Shown here in pieces: positions 1-9,026 of a stretch of DNA of 29,263 nucleotides. Within the stretch, counting starts at the first letter, position 1; each line of letters begins with the position of its first letter. The position numbers were made by a program, and so were the translations under genes. This DNA is from Candidatus Bathyarchaeia archaeon (lineage in GTDB: Archaea; Thermoproteota; Bathyarchaeia; Bathyarchaeales; SOJC01). The notes beneath the pieces were generated by a model. It saw nothing but the letters and a program-made list of their open reading frames with translations, made no database searches and was not told where the DNA came from. The stretch spans positions 1 to 29,263 of the forward strand of contig JBHIEO010000001.1 of the NCBI GenBank assembly GCA_046760665.1, written 5' to 3'.

Positions 1-313
1 TTGAGACGTTGCTCTTTCTTCCCTCTTCTCTCTGTACCTCTTCGGTGCCGATGGCGATGTTCTTCAGCTCCAAGTCTTTGACGAAGGCACGTCGCAAAAG
101 TTCCACAGTGTCGACGGCCCTGCTGATTGCCCGTCCTCTGGCTTTGACACAGATGCTTTTCTCACCTGAGTTGAAGAAGGTGAGGCAGGCAACCACATAG
201 TTCATCACTGGTTTTCGGCCGATGAGGACAACGTTTTCGTTCGTCTTTACCACCTCTTCAGGTTTCTCTTTTTTTTCTGGTTCTGGTTTTGCGGTTTTTT
301 CTTCTTCTGTCAC
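1..313 (-). CDS. albA: DNA/RNA-binding protein Alba (3' end truncated by window edge)
   Basis: Not in the ORF track. Manual translation from GTG at 313 gives MTEEEKTAKPEPEKKEKPEEVVKTNENVVLIGRKPVMNYVVACLTFFNSGEKSICVKARGRAISRAVDTVELL..., carrying the Alba motifs KPVMNYV and KARGRAISxAVD. SD GAGGAGGT at 328-321. Confidence 0.95.
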   Translation of the reverse strand, partial: MTEEEKTAKPEPEKKEKPEEVVKTNENVVLIGRKPVMNYVVACLTFFNSGEKSICVKARGRAISRAVDTVELLRRAFVKDLELKNIAIGTEEVQREEGRKSNVS

Positions 314-470
314 ATTTTCTACCTCCTCAAGTTACTTGAGGACCATGATGGCAAATGAGAGCACCTGTACTCAAGATATTGTATAGTGCCCTATAAAGTT
401 CACTTGGATACTCTTATAGTTTTCCTATGTCTCACATCTAACAGACAAAACTTGCTTTTTATGCATCCTT

Positions 471-1031
471 CTAGTGTTTGCCGTAGTCCATTCCTTTTTT
501 AAAGGCTTGCATGTTCACATCGAGAAATTGAATTTTCTCCCTGAAGAATTCTTTTAAACCCTCGAAAACGCTTTCTTTAGACACAACTTTTGTCCGTGCT
601 ACATAAGCTCCAAGCATTACCATGTTAGCTGTTCTTTTTTCGCCGACTGCTGCTGCAATGTCGTTTGCTGGTATCGCTATAACTTTAATGTCTTTTCTTG
701 TAACTGGACGGTTTATTAGTGAACTGTTGAGAAATAACAGTCCACGAGTTTGCAGTCGCTGTTCGAAGGCTTCTAAAGAGGGGTTATTCAAAATTATCAA
801 TGCTTGAGGCGAGGTTATAACTGGCGATCCTATTTCTTCTTCTGAGATGACAACTGTACAGTTGGCAGTTCCTCCACGCATCTCTGGACCATAGGAGGGT
901 ATCCATGTGACATGTTTTCCAGTTTTCATGGCGCTGTATGCCAAAAGTTTTCCAATAAACATTAATCCTTGACCGCCGAAACCAGCCATTATGACATTTG
1001 CATAAAGTGGTTTTTCAATCGTTTTCTCCAA
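471..1031 (-). CDS. 2-oxoacid:ferredoxin oxidoreductase gamma subunit (Vor/Kor-type)
   Basis: AGFGGQG, PSYGPEMRGGTANC and ANMVMLGA motifs; last gene of a delta-alpha-beta-gamma operon; TTG start. Confidence 0.92.
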   Translation of the reverse strand: MEKTIEKPLYANVIMAGFGGQGLMFIGKLLAYSAMKTGKHVTWIPSYGPEMRGGTANCTVVISEEEIGSPVITSPQALIILNNPSLEAFEQRLQTRGLLFLNSSLINRPVTRKDIKVIAIPANDIAAAVGEKRTANMVMLGAYVARTKVVSKESVFEGLKEFFREKIQFLDVNMQAFKKGMDYGKH

Positions 1032-1034
1032 ACG

Positions 1035-1796
1035 TCAACTCTCCTTTGGAACTTTGAACTCACCTAATGGGTAATAAGGCATCATTTTTTCTTCAACCCA
1101 TCTTGTTGCCTCTAGGGGAGTCATATGCCAGTCTGTTGGACATTGTGATAGGACTTCCACCATAGAATAGCCTAAACCCTTTGTCTGCGTTTCAAAAGCC
1201 TTCTTTATGACTTTTTTGGCTTGCAAAATGTATTTAGGCGTACTCACGCTCACCCTTGCAATGTACGTCGCACCATCTAGCGTTGCAAGCATCTCAGCCA
1301 TCCTGATTGGAAAGCCAGCTTGCTCTGGAATCCGCCCCAAGGGAGAAGTTGTGGTTTTCTGACCGATAAGTGTAGTAGGCGCCATTTGTCCACCAGTCAT
1401 CCCATAGATTGCGTTGTTGATGAAAATTGTCGTGATTTTTTCTCCACGAGCGGCTACATGAACTGCTTCCGCAGCCCCTATAGAAGCAAAGTCTCCGTCA
1501 CCTTGGTAAGTAAACACAATCAGTTCGGGGCGAACTCGCTTACAGCCAGTTGCCACAGCTGGCGCACGACCATGCGCGGCTTCATACATATCAATGTCAA
1601 GATAATTGTAGAGAAGAACTGAACACCCTACAGGTGCAACCCCAACAGTTCTTTCCCTAATTCCCAACTCATCTATTATTTCCGCTACAAGACGCTGGAC
1701 AATTCCATGGCCACAGCCAGGACAATAGTGCGTTGCTACTGGGCGCAGTGTTTTTGGTCTTTCGAAAACTTTTTCGAGCTCTACTTGCATTTTCAA
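1035..1796 (-). CDS. 2-oxoacid:ferredoxin oxidoreductase beta subunit (TPP-binding)
   Basis: YCPGCGHG, PVGCS, YQGDGD...NNAIYGMTGGQ TPP motif, CPT; SD GAGGAGG upstream. Confidence 0.93.
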   Translation of the reverse strand: MKMQVELEKVFERPKTLRPVATHYCPGCGHGIVQRLVAEIIDELGIRERTVGVAPVGCSVLLYNYLDIDMYEAAHGRAPAVATGCKRVRPELIVFTYQGDGDFASIGAAEAVHVAARGEKITTIFINNAIYGMTGGQMAPTTLIGQKTTTSPLGRIPEQAGFPIRMAEMLATLDGATYIARVSVSTPKYILQAKKVIKKAFETQTKGLGYSMVEVLSQCPTDWHMTPLEATRWVEEKMMPYYPLGEFKVPKES

Positions 1797-2854
1797 GGTG
1801 CCTCCTCTACGAGTTTTTCTATTTCAGCAACTATTTCATCATAGGTTGGAACCACGCCTCCAGTTCGCCCATAGAAGCAAATTTGAGCTTTACCGCACAC
1901 CGCAAGTTTAACGTCTTCAACCATCTGTCCAAGACTCATCTCAACCACCAGAAACTTGTTCGCTCTATCAGCTATTTTTTCGAAAGTCTGGTATGGGAAG
2001 GGAAAAACAGTAATTGGCCTCACCATTCCCACCTTAATACTTTTTTCGCGTAGAACTTTGATAGCAGTTTTGGCAATTCTTGCAACCATCCCGTAAGCAG
2101 CAATGATAACCTCAGCGTCATCGGTTCGATAAGTTTCAACACGCACTTCGTTTTTAATCATTTCCTGAATTTTGCGATTTATTTCCAAATTGTGTTTTTC
2201 TAAAGTTTCAGGGTCAAGGTAGAGACTCTTGATCAAGTTTGGAGGTCTTCCTTTTGCACCTGTTAGGGCCCATTTCTTTGGAGGAAGCTTCGAAGATGCT
2301 GTCTGTTTAAATTCGACGGGTTCCATCATTTGACCCAGATAGCCGTCGCCCAAAATCATTACAGGATTTCGATACTTATCAGCAAGGTCAAAGGCTTCCA
2401 TTGTAAGCGAGACTGCTTCTTGCACGGTGTGAGGTGCAAGCACAAGCAGGTGATAGTCACCGTGGCCTCCGCCTTTAGTTGCTTGAAAGTAGTCAGATTG
2501 TGAAGGCTGTATACCACCCAGTCCGGGCCCCCCGCGCATAATATTGACTATTACGCAAGGAAGCTGAGCACCAGCAATGTATGAAATCCCTTCCTGCATT
2601 AAGCTGATTCCAGGACTTGAAGAAGACGTCATCACCCTTGCACCAGCGCCAGCTGCTCCGAAAAGCATGTTAATCGCAGCTACCTCGCTTTCCGCTTGAA
2701 GGTAAACTCCCCCAATTTCAGGAAGACGTTTTGACATGTATTCTGGAATTTCACTTTGAGGAGTTATGGGATAACCGAAAAAGTAGCGGCAACCAGCTTG
2801 AACCGCTGCTTCAGCGATCGCTTCGTTTCCAGTCATAAACTTTTTTTCCATCAT
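1793..2854 (-). CDS. vorB: 2-oxoacid:ferredoxin oxidoreductase alpha subunit, VorB-like (2-ketoisovalerate-type; substrate not certain)
   Basis: GNEAIAEAA, FFGYPITPQSE, ESEVAA, TSSSSPGISL, RGGPGLG motifs. Start reassigned to ATG 2854, which gives an ATGA overlap with the ferredoxin stop; the ORF-track start at 2941 is over-extended. Confidence 0.9.
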   Translation of the reverse strand: MMEKKFMTGNEAIAEAAVQAGCRYFFGYPITPQSEIPEYMSKRLPEIGGVYLQAESEVAAINMLFGAAGAGARVMTSSSSPGISLMQEGISYIAGAQLPCVIVNIMRGGPGLGGIQPSQSDYFQATKGGGHGDYHLLVLAPHTVQEAVSLTMEAFDLADKYRNPVMILGDGYLGQMMEPVEFKQTASSKLPPKKWALTGAKGRPPNLIKSLYLDPETLEKHNLEINRKIQEMIKNEVRVETYRTDDAEVIIAAYGMVARIAKTAIKVLREKSIKVGMVRPITVFPFPYQTFEKIADRANKFLVVEMSLGQMVEDVKLAVCGKAQICFYGRTGGVVPTYDEIVAEIEKLVEEAP

Positions 2855-3084
2855 TTCTTTTCTCCAGATCCCTTTTTCTCTCGGTAAACTTCTATGGCAA
2901 CATCGGGGCATGTTATGGCGCATAAAGTGCAACCGGTGCATTTTCCCCCCGTATCAATGAACTCGGCAGGATAGTACCCTTTGATGTTGATTCGCTGGGA
3001 TATACGTATGAGGTGAAGTGGACAGGCGTTGACGCACAACGCACAACCCTTACACGCATTTTCATCGACTACAATTTTACCCAT
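2851..3084 (-). CDS. 2x[4Fe-4S] ferredoxin-like delta subunit
   Basis: CKGCALCVNACP and CTGCTLCAITCP (two CxxCxxCxxxCP); first gene of the operon. Confidence 0.93.
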   Translation of the reverse strand: MGKIVVDENACKGCALCVNACPLHLIRISQRINIKGYYPAEFIDTGGKCTGCTLCAITCPDVAIEVYREKKGSGEKK

Positions 3085-3381
3085 TTTGCTTTACACCCTT
3101 TAATCACAGTCTAATACTTGCACACACTTGTTTCGTTTATTGTAGGGTCCCTTTTGAGAAGTAACAAGTGCCATTAGAAAGGGAAAAGTGTTTCGCAAGA
3201 ACAGTGGAAATTAGTGACTTAAGAGTATTTATGAAAGAATTTCATTGCGTATGCATAAGGTTCTTGTGAATTAACTCTTTAAATCTTCTTTCAATTGTTT
3301 TCTAGATTGTTTTGTAAAGTTCAGGGGAAATGTGTATATTTAACGGTTCAAATGTAGAATGAAAGGTTCGAGGAACATTAA

Positions 3382-3942
3382 ATGGCACAGTTTCAAGAAA
3401 TACGTTGGCATGGCAGAGGTGGACAAGGTGCATGGACAGCAAGCGAACTTCTGGCTAAAGCTGCAATTCTTGAGGGAAAACATGTTCAGTCATTCCCCGA
3501 GTTCGGTCCCGAACGCATGGGTGCTCCTTTGGCAGCCTACACGCGAATCAGCAACGAATCCATAAAACTTCACTGCTCGGTCTACAACCCAAATGTAGCT
3601 GTAGTGCTTGATCCAACACTCCTGAAAACAGTTAAAGTAACTGACGGCCTCACTGAAGACGGAGTACTGGTCGTTAACACCCAAGAAAGTCCTGTAGAGG
3701 TAAGAAAAAGACTGAATCTTGCATCTCAAAAAGTTTGGACCGTTCCAGCAACTGACATTGCCATCAAAACATTAAATGTCCCCATCACAAACACTGCCAT
3801 GATCGGTGCTGTCACTCGTGCAACGTCATTGATAAACTTAGAAAGCATTGAAAAGGCTATCCGAAACCGGTTTCGACAAGAATTAGCTGACAGAAATATT
3901 GTTGTAATAAGAGAGGCGTATAGGGAGGCGAAAACAGGATGA
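3382..3942 (+). CDS. porC: Pyruvate/ketoisovalerate:ferredoxin oxidoreductase gamma subunit
   Basis: EIRWHGRGGQGA, FPEFGPERMGAP, NTAMIGA motifs. Confidence 0.9.
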   Translation: MAQFQEIRWHGRGGQGAWTASELLAKAAILEGKHVQSFPEFGPERMGAPLAAYTRISNESIKLHCSVYNPNVAVVLDPTLLKTVKVTDGLTEDGVLVVNTQESPVEVRKRLNLASQKVWTVPATDIAIKTLNVPITNTAMIGAVTRATSLINLESIEKAIRNRFRQELADRNIVVIREAYREAKTG

Positions 3943-4226
3943 GGCAAGAACTGAAGGGCTGGAAAGAAATTCCGATAGCTGGAGTTTGTTGGAAACCAGC
4001 CACAGAATATCCTACAGGCGACTGGAGAACCTTCAAACCAATCCGTGACCCAGAAAAATGCACCAAATGTTTACTATGCCCCATGATTTGCCCTGACTCA
4101 GCCATAACATGGAATAAAACCGCAGAAGACATCGAGTTTGATTATGATTTCTGTAAAGGCTGCGGCATATGTGCCAACGAATGTCCTGTAGACGCAATAA
4201 AAATGGTTAGAGAAGGAGAAGCTTAG
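3939..4226 (+). CDS. porD: Pyruvate:ferredoxin oxidoreductase delta subunit (2x[4Fe-4S])
   Basis: TGDWRTFKP, CTKCLLCPMICP, DYDFCKGCGICANECP; ATGA overlap with the gamma gene. Confidence 0.92.
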   Translation: MRQELKGWKEIPIAGVCWKPATEYPTGDWRTFKPIRDPEKCTKCLLCPMICPDSAITWNKTAEDIEFDYDFCKGCGICANECPVDAIKMVREGEA

Positions 4227-4229
4227 GAG

Positions 4230-5459
4230 ATGGCAGCTATTCAACAAAAAGTTCTTGCACTAAATGGTGACGAAGCAGTTGCTCTCGCCGTTAAACAGTC
4301 AGATGTGGATGTAGTAGCAGCATACCCTATAACACCGCAAACAATAATCGTGGAAAAGTTCAGTGAATACGTGGCTAACGGAGAAGTAGATACCGAATTT
4401 GTCTGCACAGAATCAGAACACAGCGTCCTCAGTGCATGCTTAGCTGCTTCTGCCACAGGAGCACGAACCTTCACAGCTTCAGCGTCAGCAGGTCTGGCCT
4501 TAATGCATGAAATACTCTACGTTACATCGGGCTGTAGAGCACCCGTAGTGATGGCTATCACAAATCGGGCTTTGTCTGCGCCGATAAACATTCACTGTGA
4601 CCACTCAGATAGCATGGTGGAGAGAGACAGCAGCTGGATACAAATTTACGTGGAAAACTCGCAAGAAGCCTACGATTCGATTATTCAAGCCTTTAGAATA
4701 GCCGAACACCCAGACTTGCTTCTCCCAGTTATGGTATGCCTCGATGCATTCTTCCTCAGCCACACTCTAGAAAACGTCAAAATATTACCAGAGGAAACTG
4801 TGCGAAAGTTTGTTGGCAACCGACAAATCCCCTTAGTAATGAACCACGAAGGCAAAAAAGTGTCCTTCAAATTGGACCCAAACAATCCAATAACGATGGG
4901 TCCTTTAGACCTTTACGATTACTATTTTGAACATAAGAGACAACAAGAAGAAGCGATGCGAAAAGCGCCGCAAATAATTAAACAAATCCATAACGAATAC
5001 GCCGAAATAAGCGGGCGCAAATATGGAAATGGTCTTGTTGACGCTTACTGTCTTGAAGATGCTGACGTCGCAACAGTATGTGTCGGCTCAACCGCAGGTA
5101 CCACCAAAACCACTGTAGACCAGCTTCGCGCTAAAGGAATAAAAGCAGGAACCTTACGTCTTCGCACCTTCAGGCCCCTTCCAGTAACAGATATTGTGAA
5201 GGCGTTAGAAAACGTAAAAGCAGTAGCGGTAATGGACCGAAGCAACAGCTTCGGTGGGCATGGGGGACCGATATTCCATGAAATCCGCCATGTCCTCTAT
5301 GACGCCAAATCACATCCATATGTTGTAAATTATATATACGGTCTTGGGGGAAGGGATATGCCCCAAAACATCATACGATGTATTTATGAAGACTTGCAGA
5401 AAATCCTCGAGAAAAAGCAGGTGAAAGATTATGTGCAGTTTGCAGGAGTGCGAGAATAG
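4230..5459 (+). CDS. porA: Pyruvate:ferredoxin oxidoreductase alpha subunit
   Basis: AAYPITPQT, ESEHS, SAGLALMHE, NRALSAPINIHCDHSD, YGLGGRD motifs. Confidence 0.92.
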   Translation: MAAIQQKVLALNGDEAVALAVKQSDVDVVAAYPITPQTIIVEKFSEYVANGEVDTEFVCTESEHSVLSACLAASATGARTFTASASAGLALMHEILYVTSGCRAPVVMAITNRALSAPINIHCDHSDSMVERDSSWIQIYVENSQEAYDSIIQAFRIAEHPDLLLPVMVCLDAFFLSHTLENVKILPEETVRKFVGNRQIPLVMNHEGKKVSFKLDPNNPITMGPLDLYDYYFEHKRQQEEAMRKAPQIIKQIHNEYAEISGRKYGNGLVDAYCLEDADVATVCVGSTAGTTKTTVDQLRAKGIKAGTLRLRTFRPLPVTDIVKALENVKAVAVMDRSNSFGGHGGPIFHEIRHVLYDAKSHPYVVNYIYGLGGRDMPQNIIRCIYEDLQKILEKKQVKDYVQFAGVRE

Positions 5460-5470
5460 GAGGCGATAGG

Positions 5471-6442
5471 ATGATAGCAACCCCTTGGAGATTCACTGCA
5501 AAAGAAATCGTGGAAAAACCAGAACTCTTCACATCAGGACATCGAGCATGTGCAGGATGCGGTCCAGCCGTTGCTTTACGGCAGATAATGAAAGCCACAC
5601 GTGGGCCCACAATAGTCACAAACGCAACAGGATGCATGGAAGTCGTTTCAACGATATATCCCTATACTGCATGGAAAATCCCTTGGATCCACACAGCCTT
5701 TGAAAACGCCGCAGCTAATGCATCAGGCATAGAAGCCGCCTTAAAAGCAATGAAAAGGAAAGGGAAGCTTCATGAAAACATTGATGTGATAGCCTTTGCC
5801 GGCGACGGAGGCACTTTCGACATTGGAATTCAAGCATTGTCTGGGGCGGTGGAAAGAGGCCACGACTTTCTATATGTTCTTTACGACAACGAAGCCTATA
5901 TGAACACAGGCATACAACGAAGCGGAGGCACTCCCCACGGCGCCTCAACTACCACATCACCTGCAGGTAAAGTAATTCCTGGAAAACCTCAGTTCAAGAA
6001 ACCCATAGCAGACATCATAGTTGCTCATGAAATTCCCTACGTAGCCACGGCTTCAATTGCTTATTGGCAAGACTTGCTCATGAAAACACGAAAGGGCTTA
6101 GAAGTAGAAGGCCCAGCTTTCCTACATGTCTTCGCACCTTGCCCCCGAGGCTGGCGCTACAACACAAGCAAAACTATAGAAATTGCTCGTTTAGCGGTGG
6201 AAACTTGCATATTTCCGTTATGGGAAGCAGTGAACGGCGAATATGCTTTGTCTCCTCAAAGCAAGATTATAGCTTTAAAACCTGAACGCAAGAAACCTAT
6301 TAGGGAATATTTAAAGACGCAGCGCCGTTTTGGACACCTATTTAAACCAAAATTCGAATATGTAATTGATGAACTTCAGAAAATAATTGACAAACGCTGG
6401 AACAAACTGCTTAAAAAATGTACAAAACATAGAAAAAACTAA
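5471..6442 (+). CDS. porB: Pyruvate:ferredoxin oxidoreductase beta subunit
   Basis: GHRACAGCG, ATGCMEV, GDGGTFDIG...DNEAYMNTGIQRS TPP motif, PCPRGW. Confidence 0.93.
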   Translation: MIATPWRFTAKEIVEKPELFTSGHRACAGCGPAVALRQIMKATRGPTIVTNATGCMEVVSTIYPYTAWKIPWIHTAFENAAANASGIEAALKAMKRKGKLHENIDVIAFAGDGGTFDIGIQALSGAVERGHDFLYVLYDNEAYMNTGIQRSGGTPHGASTTTSPAGKVIPGKPQFKKPIADIIVAHEIPYVATASIAYWQDLLMKTRKGLEVEGPAFLHVFAPCPRGWRYNTSKTIEIARLAVETCIFPLWEAVNGEYALSPQSKIIALKPERKKPIREYLKTQRRFGHLFKPKFEYVIDELQKIIDKRWNKLLKKCTKHRKN

Positions 6443-8256
6443 AAAATAATGAGCAACACTGCTAAAAGCAAACCCACAGCTGCGAATAAGGGAACTGCTG
6501 TTTCCTTAGCCCGTTGCAATGCTCTATCTGCCAGAAGCGACATTTCTTCTATCTGTTTTTCTCCAATAACCTTCACGTTAGCAACCTCGCCTAAACGCCA
6601 TGCAACCGATGCAGGTCTCAGATTGCTTAACGCCTCTCTTACTGCATGCTTGATGTAGTTAATCAGTTTTTCATGGGGGATTACCTCGCCTAAAGGATGA
6701 TATCCACGAGCGGTCATGATTATCGCGTTTACGACATGCGTATCCGTAGTAAGAACCTCTCCTTCATCGACACCTAACTCTTTTAGAGCATCAAGAACTT
6801 TTTCTCTCAAACCTGAAATCATGTTATTACCGTCAACAGTGATGTAAGCACAGGTCTGTCCGTCCACTCTAAAAACTAAGGCGGATATCCCGCCAGGCCC
6901 CATTCCATCCTCAAAGCTGAACTCTTTTGGCACCACCTTTGCCGCTCCAACTTCAAAAGAAGAAAGCTTTAGATTTGAAGCCTTTTTTAAAACGTCCAGA
7001 GCAGCTTCTTTCAAAGGCTCCACAGCCCTACTTACATCAAAGGGGCCGTTGATACTGTTATGGGCATTAATTATTATCACATGAGCCAACCCGAGTTTTG
7101 CTGCTTCTTCAAGAATAAAATCACCTATCCCATGTGGAAAATCCTCAGTTGTTTCAGGTGCCAAAGTCAAGGTGAGAACTGCACAGTTCCAAAAAATCTG
7201 ACAACTCGCACCTGCAACATCCTTCTGTGTTCTTACGAACTGCGTCGCCTTCTTGGCAAACTTGATGAAATTAGTTGCCTCCAATATACTCCTCAACACT
7301 TTTTGGTTTTGCTTCTGGGACGAAAGATCAAACTCGTGTCCAAACAAGCCGTGGGGCACTGCAACAACAGAGTGTATCTTCTTCTCCAAGGCTTCTTGGA
7401 TCATAAATGGAAGAAGACTGCTTCCGACGTTGTTAAAGGGCCCAGGATGAAAAGAAGACACGACAATCATAGGTTTGGCGTTGTTCTCCGTTTCGAAGGC
7501 TAGAAGAGAAAAGTCGACAGTTTTTTCCTTTCCAAAGCTTTCAAAAAGCCTCTCAAGGGGGGCCTTTAAATTTTCCATCCAGTTAGCAAGGAAAGCCTTC
7601 AAAATGGAAGTCGTAGGTATCTCAAGAGACTCAGCGCCTACATTATTCACTGAACTGATGAAAATAAACGCGGTAAGGATCGACGCCGGGATAGAAAAGA
7701 GAAAATATGCCATTAAGGCGCTGTCAAAAGGATAACTCATAAAATGGGACACGTAAAACATTGGAAGTAGACAAATAATAGGCTGCACTAAAGACGATGT
7801 CACTACCCGCCAATAAGATGAAAAAGAAGTTGAAGAAAACACGATTAAACGAAGAACACAAACAGCAGCAAAACCGAATGAAAAAAGGTCAATCCAAAAA
7901 CTCCAAGAATTGAAAAAAAGAGTTAGTAAGGAACCGCACAAGAGAAAACCAAACCATAATATAATGGAGAACATAGAAAGCGCAGAGCAACGTCTTGCGT
8001 TATAAACTGGATCGGATTTCATGAAAACTTGCCTTATAATTAAATCAGAGACTGTTGACAATATGAAGAGAAGTAAGCTAAACTGCAAAGCTAAAACTAG
8101 TGAAGGATTAAGCAAAAAAACGGTTATGGTACCGCCTATTATACATAAAAGAAAAGTGAAAAAAGCAATTTTTCGGTGAGATGGCAAAACAAATAGTGAA
8201 GAATAGTGTTTGACTACTCTTTCAATTGAATGCTTTAAGCTCTTATTAGAAGCCAA
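6439..8256 (-). CDS. DUF2070-family membrane protein
   Basis: 605 aa with a multi-TM N-terminal third and a soluble domain with HPGPF, PHG, HEFDL, NAHNS, DGNNM and TTDTH motifs, recalled as typical of archaeal DUF2070 proteins. Confidence 0.8.
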   Translation of the reverse strand: MASNKSLKHSIERVVKHYSSLFVLPSHRKIAFFTFLLCIIGGTITVFLLNPSLVLALQFSLLLFILSTVSDLIIRQVFMKSDPVYNARRCSALSMFSIILWFGFLLCGSLLTLFFNSWSFWIDLFSFGFAAVCVLRLIVFSSTSFSSYWRVVTSSLVQPIICLLPMFYVSHFMSYPFDSALMAYFLFSIPASILTAFIFISSVNNVGAESLEIPTTSILKAFLANWMENLKAPLERLFESFGKEKTVDFSLLAFETENNAKPMIVVSSFHPGPFNNVGSSLLPFMIQEALEKKIHSVVAVPHGLFGHEFDLSSQKQNQKVLRSILEATNFIKFAKKATQFVRTQKDVAGASCQIFWNCAVLTLTLAPETTEDFPHGIGDFILEEAAKLGLAHVIIINAHNSINGPFDVSRAVEPLKEAALDVLKKASNLKLSSFEVGAAKVVPKEFSFEDGMGPGGISALVFRVDGQTCAYITVDGNNMISGLREKVLDALKELGVDEGEVLTTDTHVVNAIIMTARGYHPLGEVIPHEKLINYIKHAVREALSNLRPASVAWRLGEVANVKVIGEKQIEEMSLLADRALQRAKETAVPLFAAVGLLLAVLLIIF

Positions 8257-8432
8257 TCAGATCGTTACTCCATATAAGCCCCCAAAAGTAGTGTCTTCTC
8301 AAATATTAAATTTAACAAACTTTCAGAAAACAATTTCTCAACCACATGCTAGAAGTTTTCGCATAAAGAACTTTCTTATAAAAATGAGATAAAGTTTTAT
8401 CTTGGAACTGCTATAAAAAGTAGAGACTGTTT

Positions 8433-8717
8433 ATGCCAGCTAATATCCCACCTCTCTCAATCTTTCATATGTTGGAGAAAAATGTAGGTAAAAAAATACT
8501 AGTAATTTTAAATCAGGCGTACGGTTTTGAGGGAAAATTGGTAGCTGTAACCCACGAACCGCCTGGAATCTGGCTTTCAAACGCAGAAGCTGTTATTTTC
8601 CGCGCGACTATTGCAAACCCTATACCACAAATTGCAGGCAGAGAGGAAAGAAGCGAAATATTTGTCCATTTAAACTCGGTTCAGCGAATTGAGGTTCTTC
8701 ACAAGAGCCGCGAATGA
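8433..8717 (+). CDS. Divergent Sm/Lsm-fold small protein
   Basis: GKKILVILNQAYGFEGKL...IWLSNAE resembles Sm1 and IFVHLNSVQRIEV resembles Sm2. TATA-like TATAAAAA at 8412-8419 lies just upstream. Fold assigned by eye. Confidence 0.6.
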   Translation: MPANIPPLSIFHMLEKNVGKKILVILNQAYGFEGKLVAVTHEPPGIWLSNAEAVIFRATIANPIPQIAGREERSEIFVHLNSVQRIEVLHKSRE

Positions 8718-8722
8718 AGCAC

Positions 8723-8908
8723 TTAGAAGAGTCCCCCTAAATAGTAAATCTGAGCTAATATACATAAAACTATTAAGCTGATGGAAAGGACGACGATAAG
8801 TTCTGGCTTAATCTGTATGCCTTTCGTTTCCTCTTCAAAAAATCTTAGCAAGCCAGCACTTGCCGCCGGCATTGGCGCACCACTTTCGCGCTTTTTTCTT
8901 CTACTCAT
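8723..8908 (-). CDS. secG: Preprotein translocase subunit Sec61beta/SecG
   Basis: 61 aa; basic N-terminus, AGLLRFFEEE motif, single C-terminal TM helix. Confidence 0.9.
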   Translation of the reverse strand: MSRRKKRESGAPMPAASAGLLRFFEEETKGIQIKPELIVVLSISLIVLCILAQIYYLGGLF

Positions 8909-9026
8909 GGTAAGAGGCTCCTTTAATGTCCCTTTTTATTCATTAAAGCTCAGCTAATATATCTTATTGTTGCTTCAAAGCTTTTATGTTGGCGCTGAGC
9001 TTTCATAAGAACAGAGGCTCACATCG

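Noticed and set aside
3202-3211. CAGTGGAAAT ORB-core-like sequence in the vor/por spacer
   Set aside because: Isolated, lacks the 5' TTC and the G-string, and is about 17 kb from cdc6.
3085-3381. SurR operator (GTT-N3-AAC) between the oxidoreductase operons
   Set aside because: No such motif found by eye; the nearest is GTT-N5-AAC.
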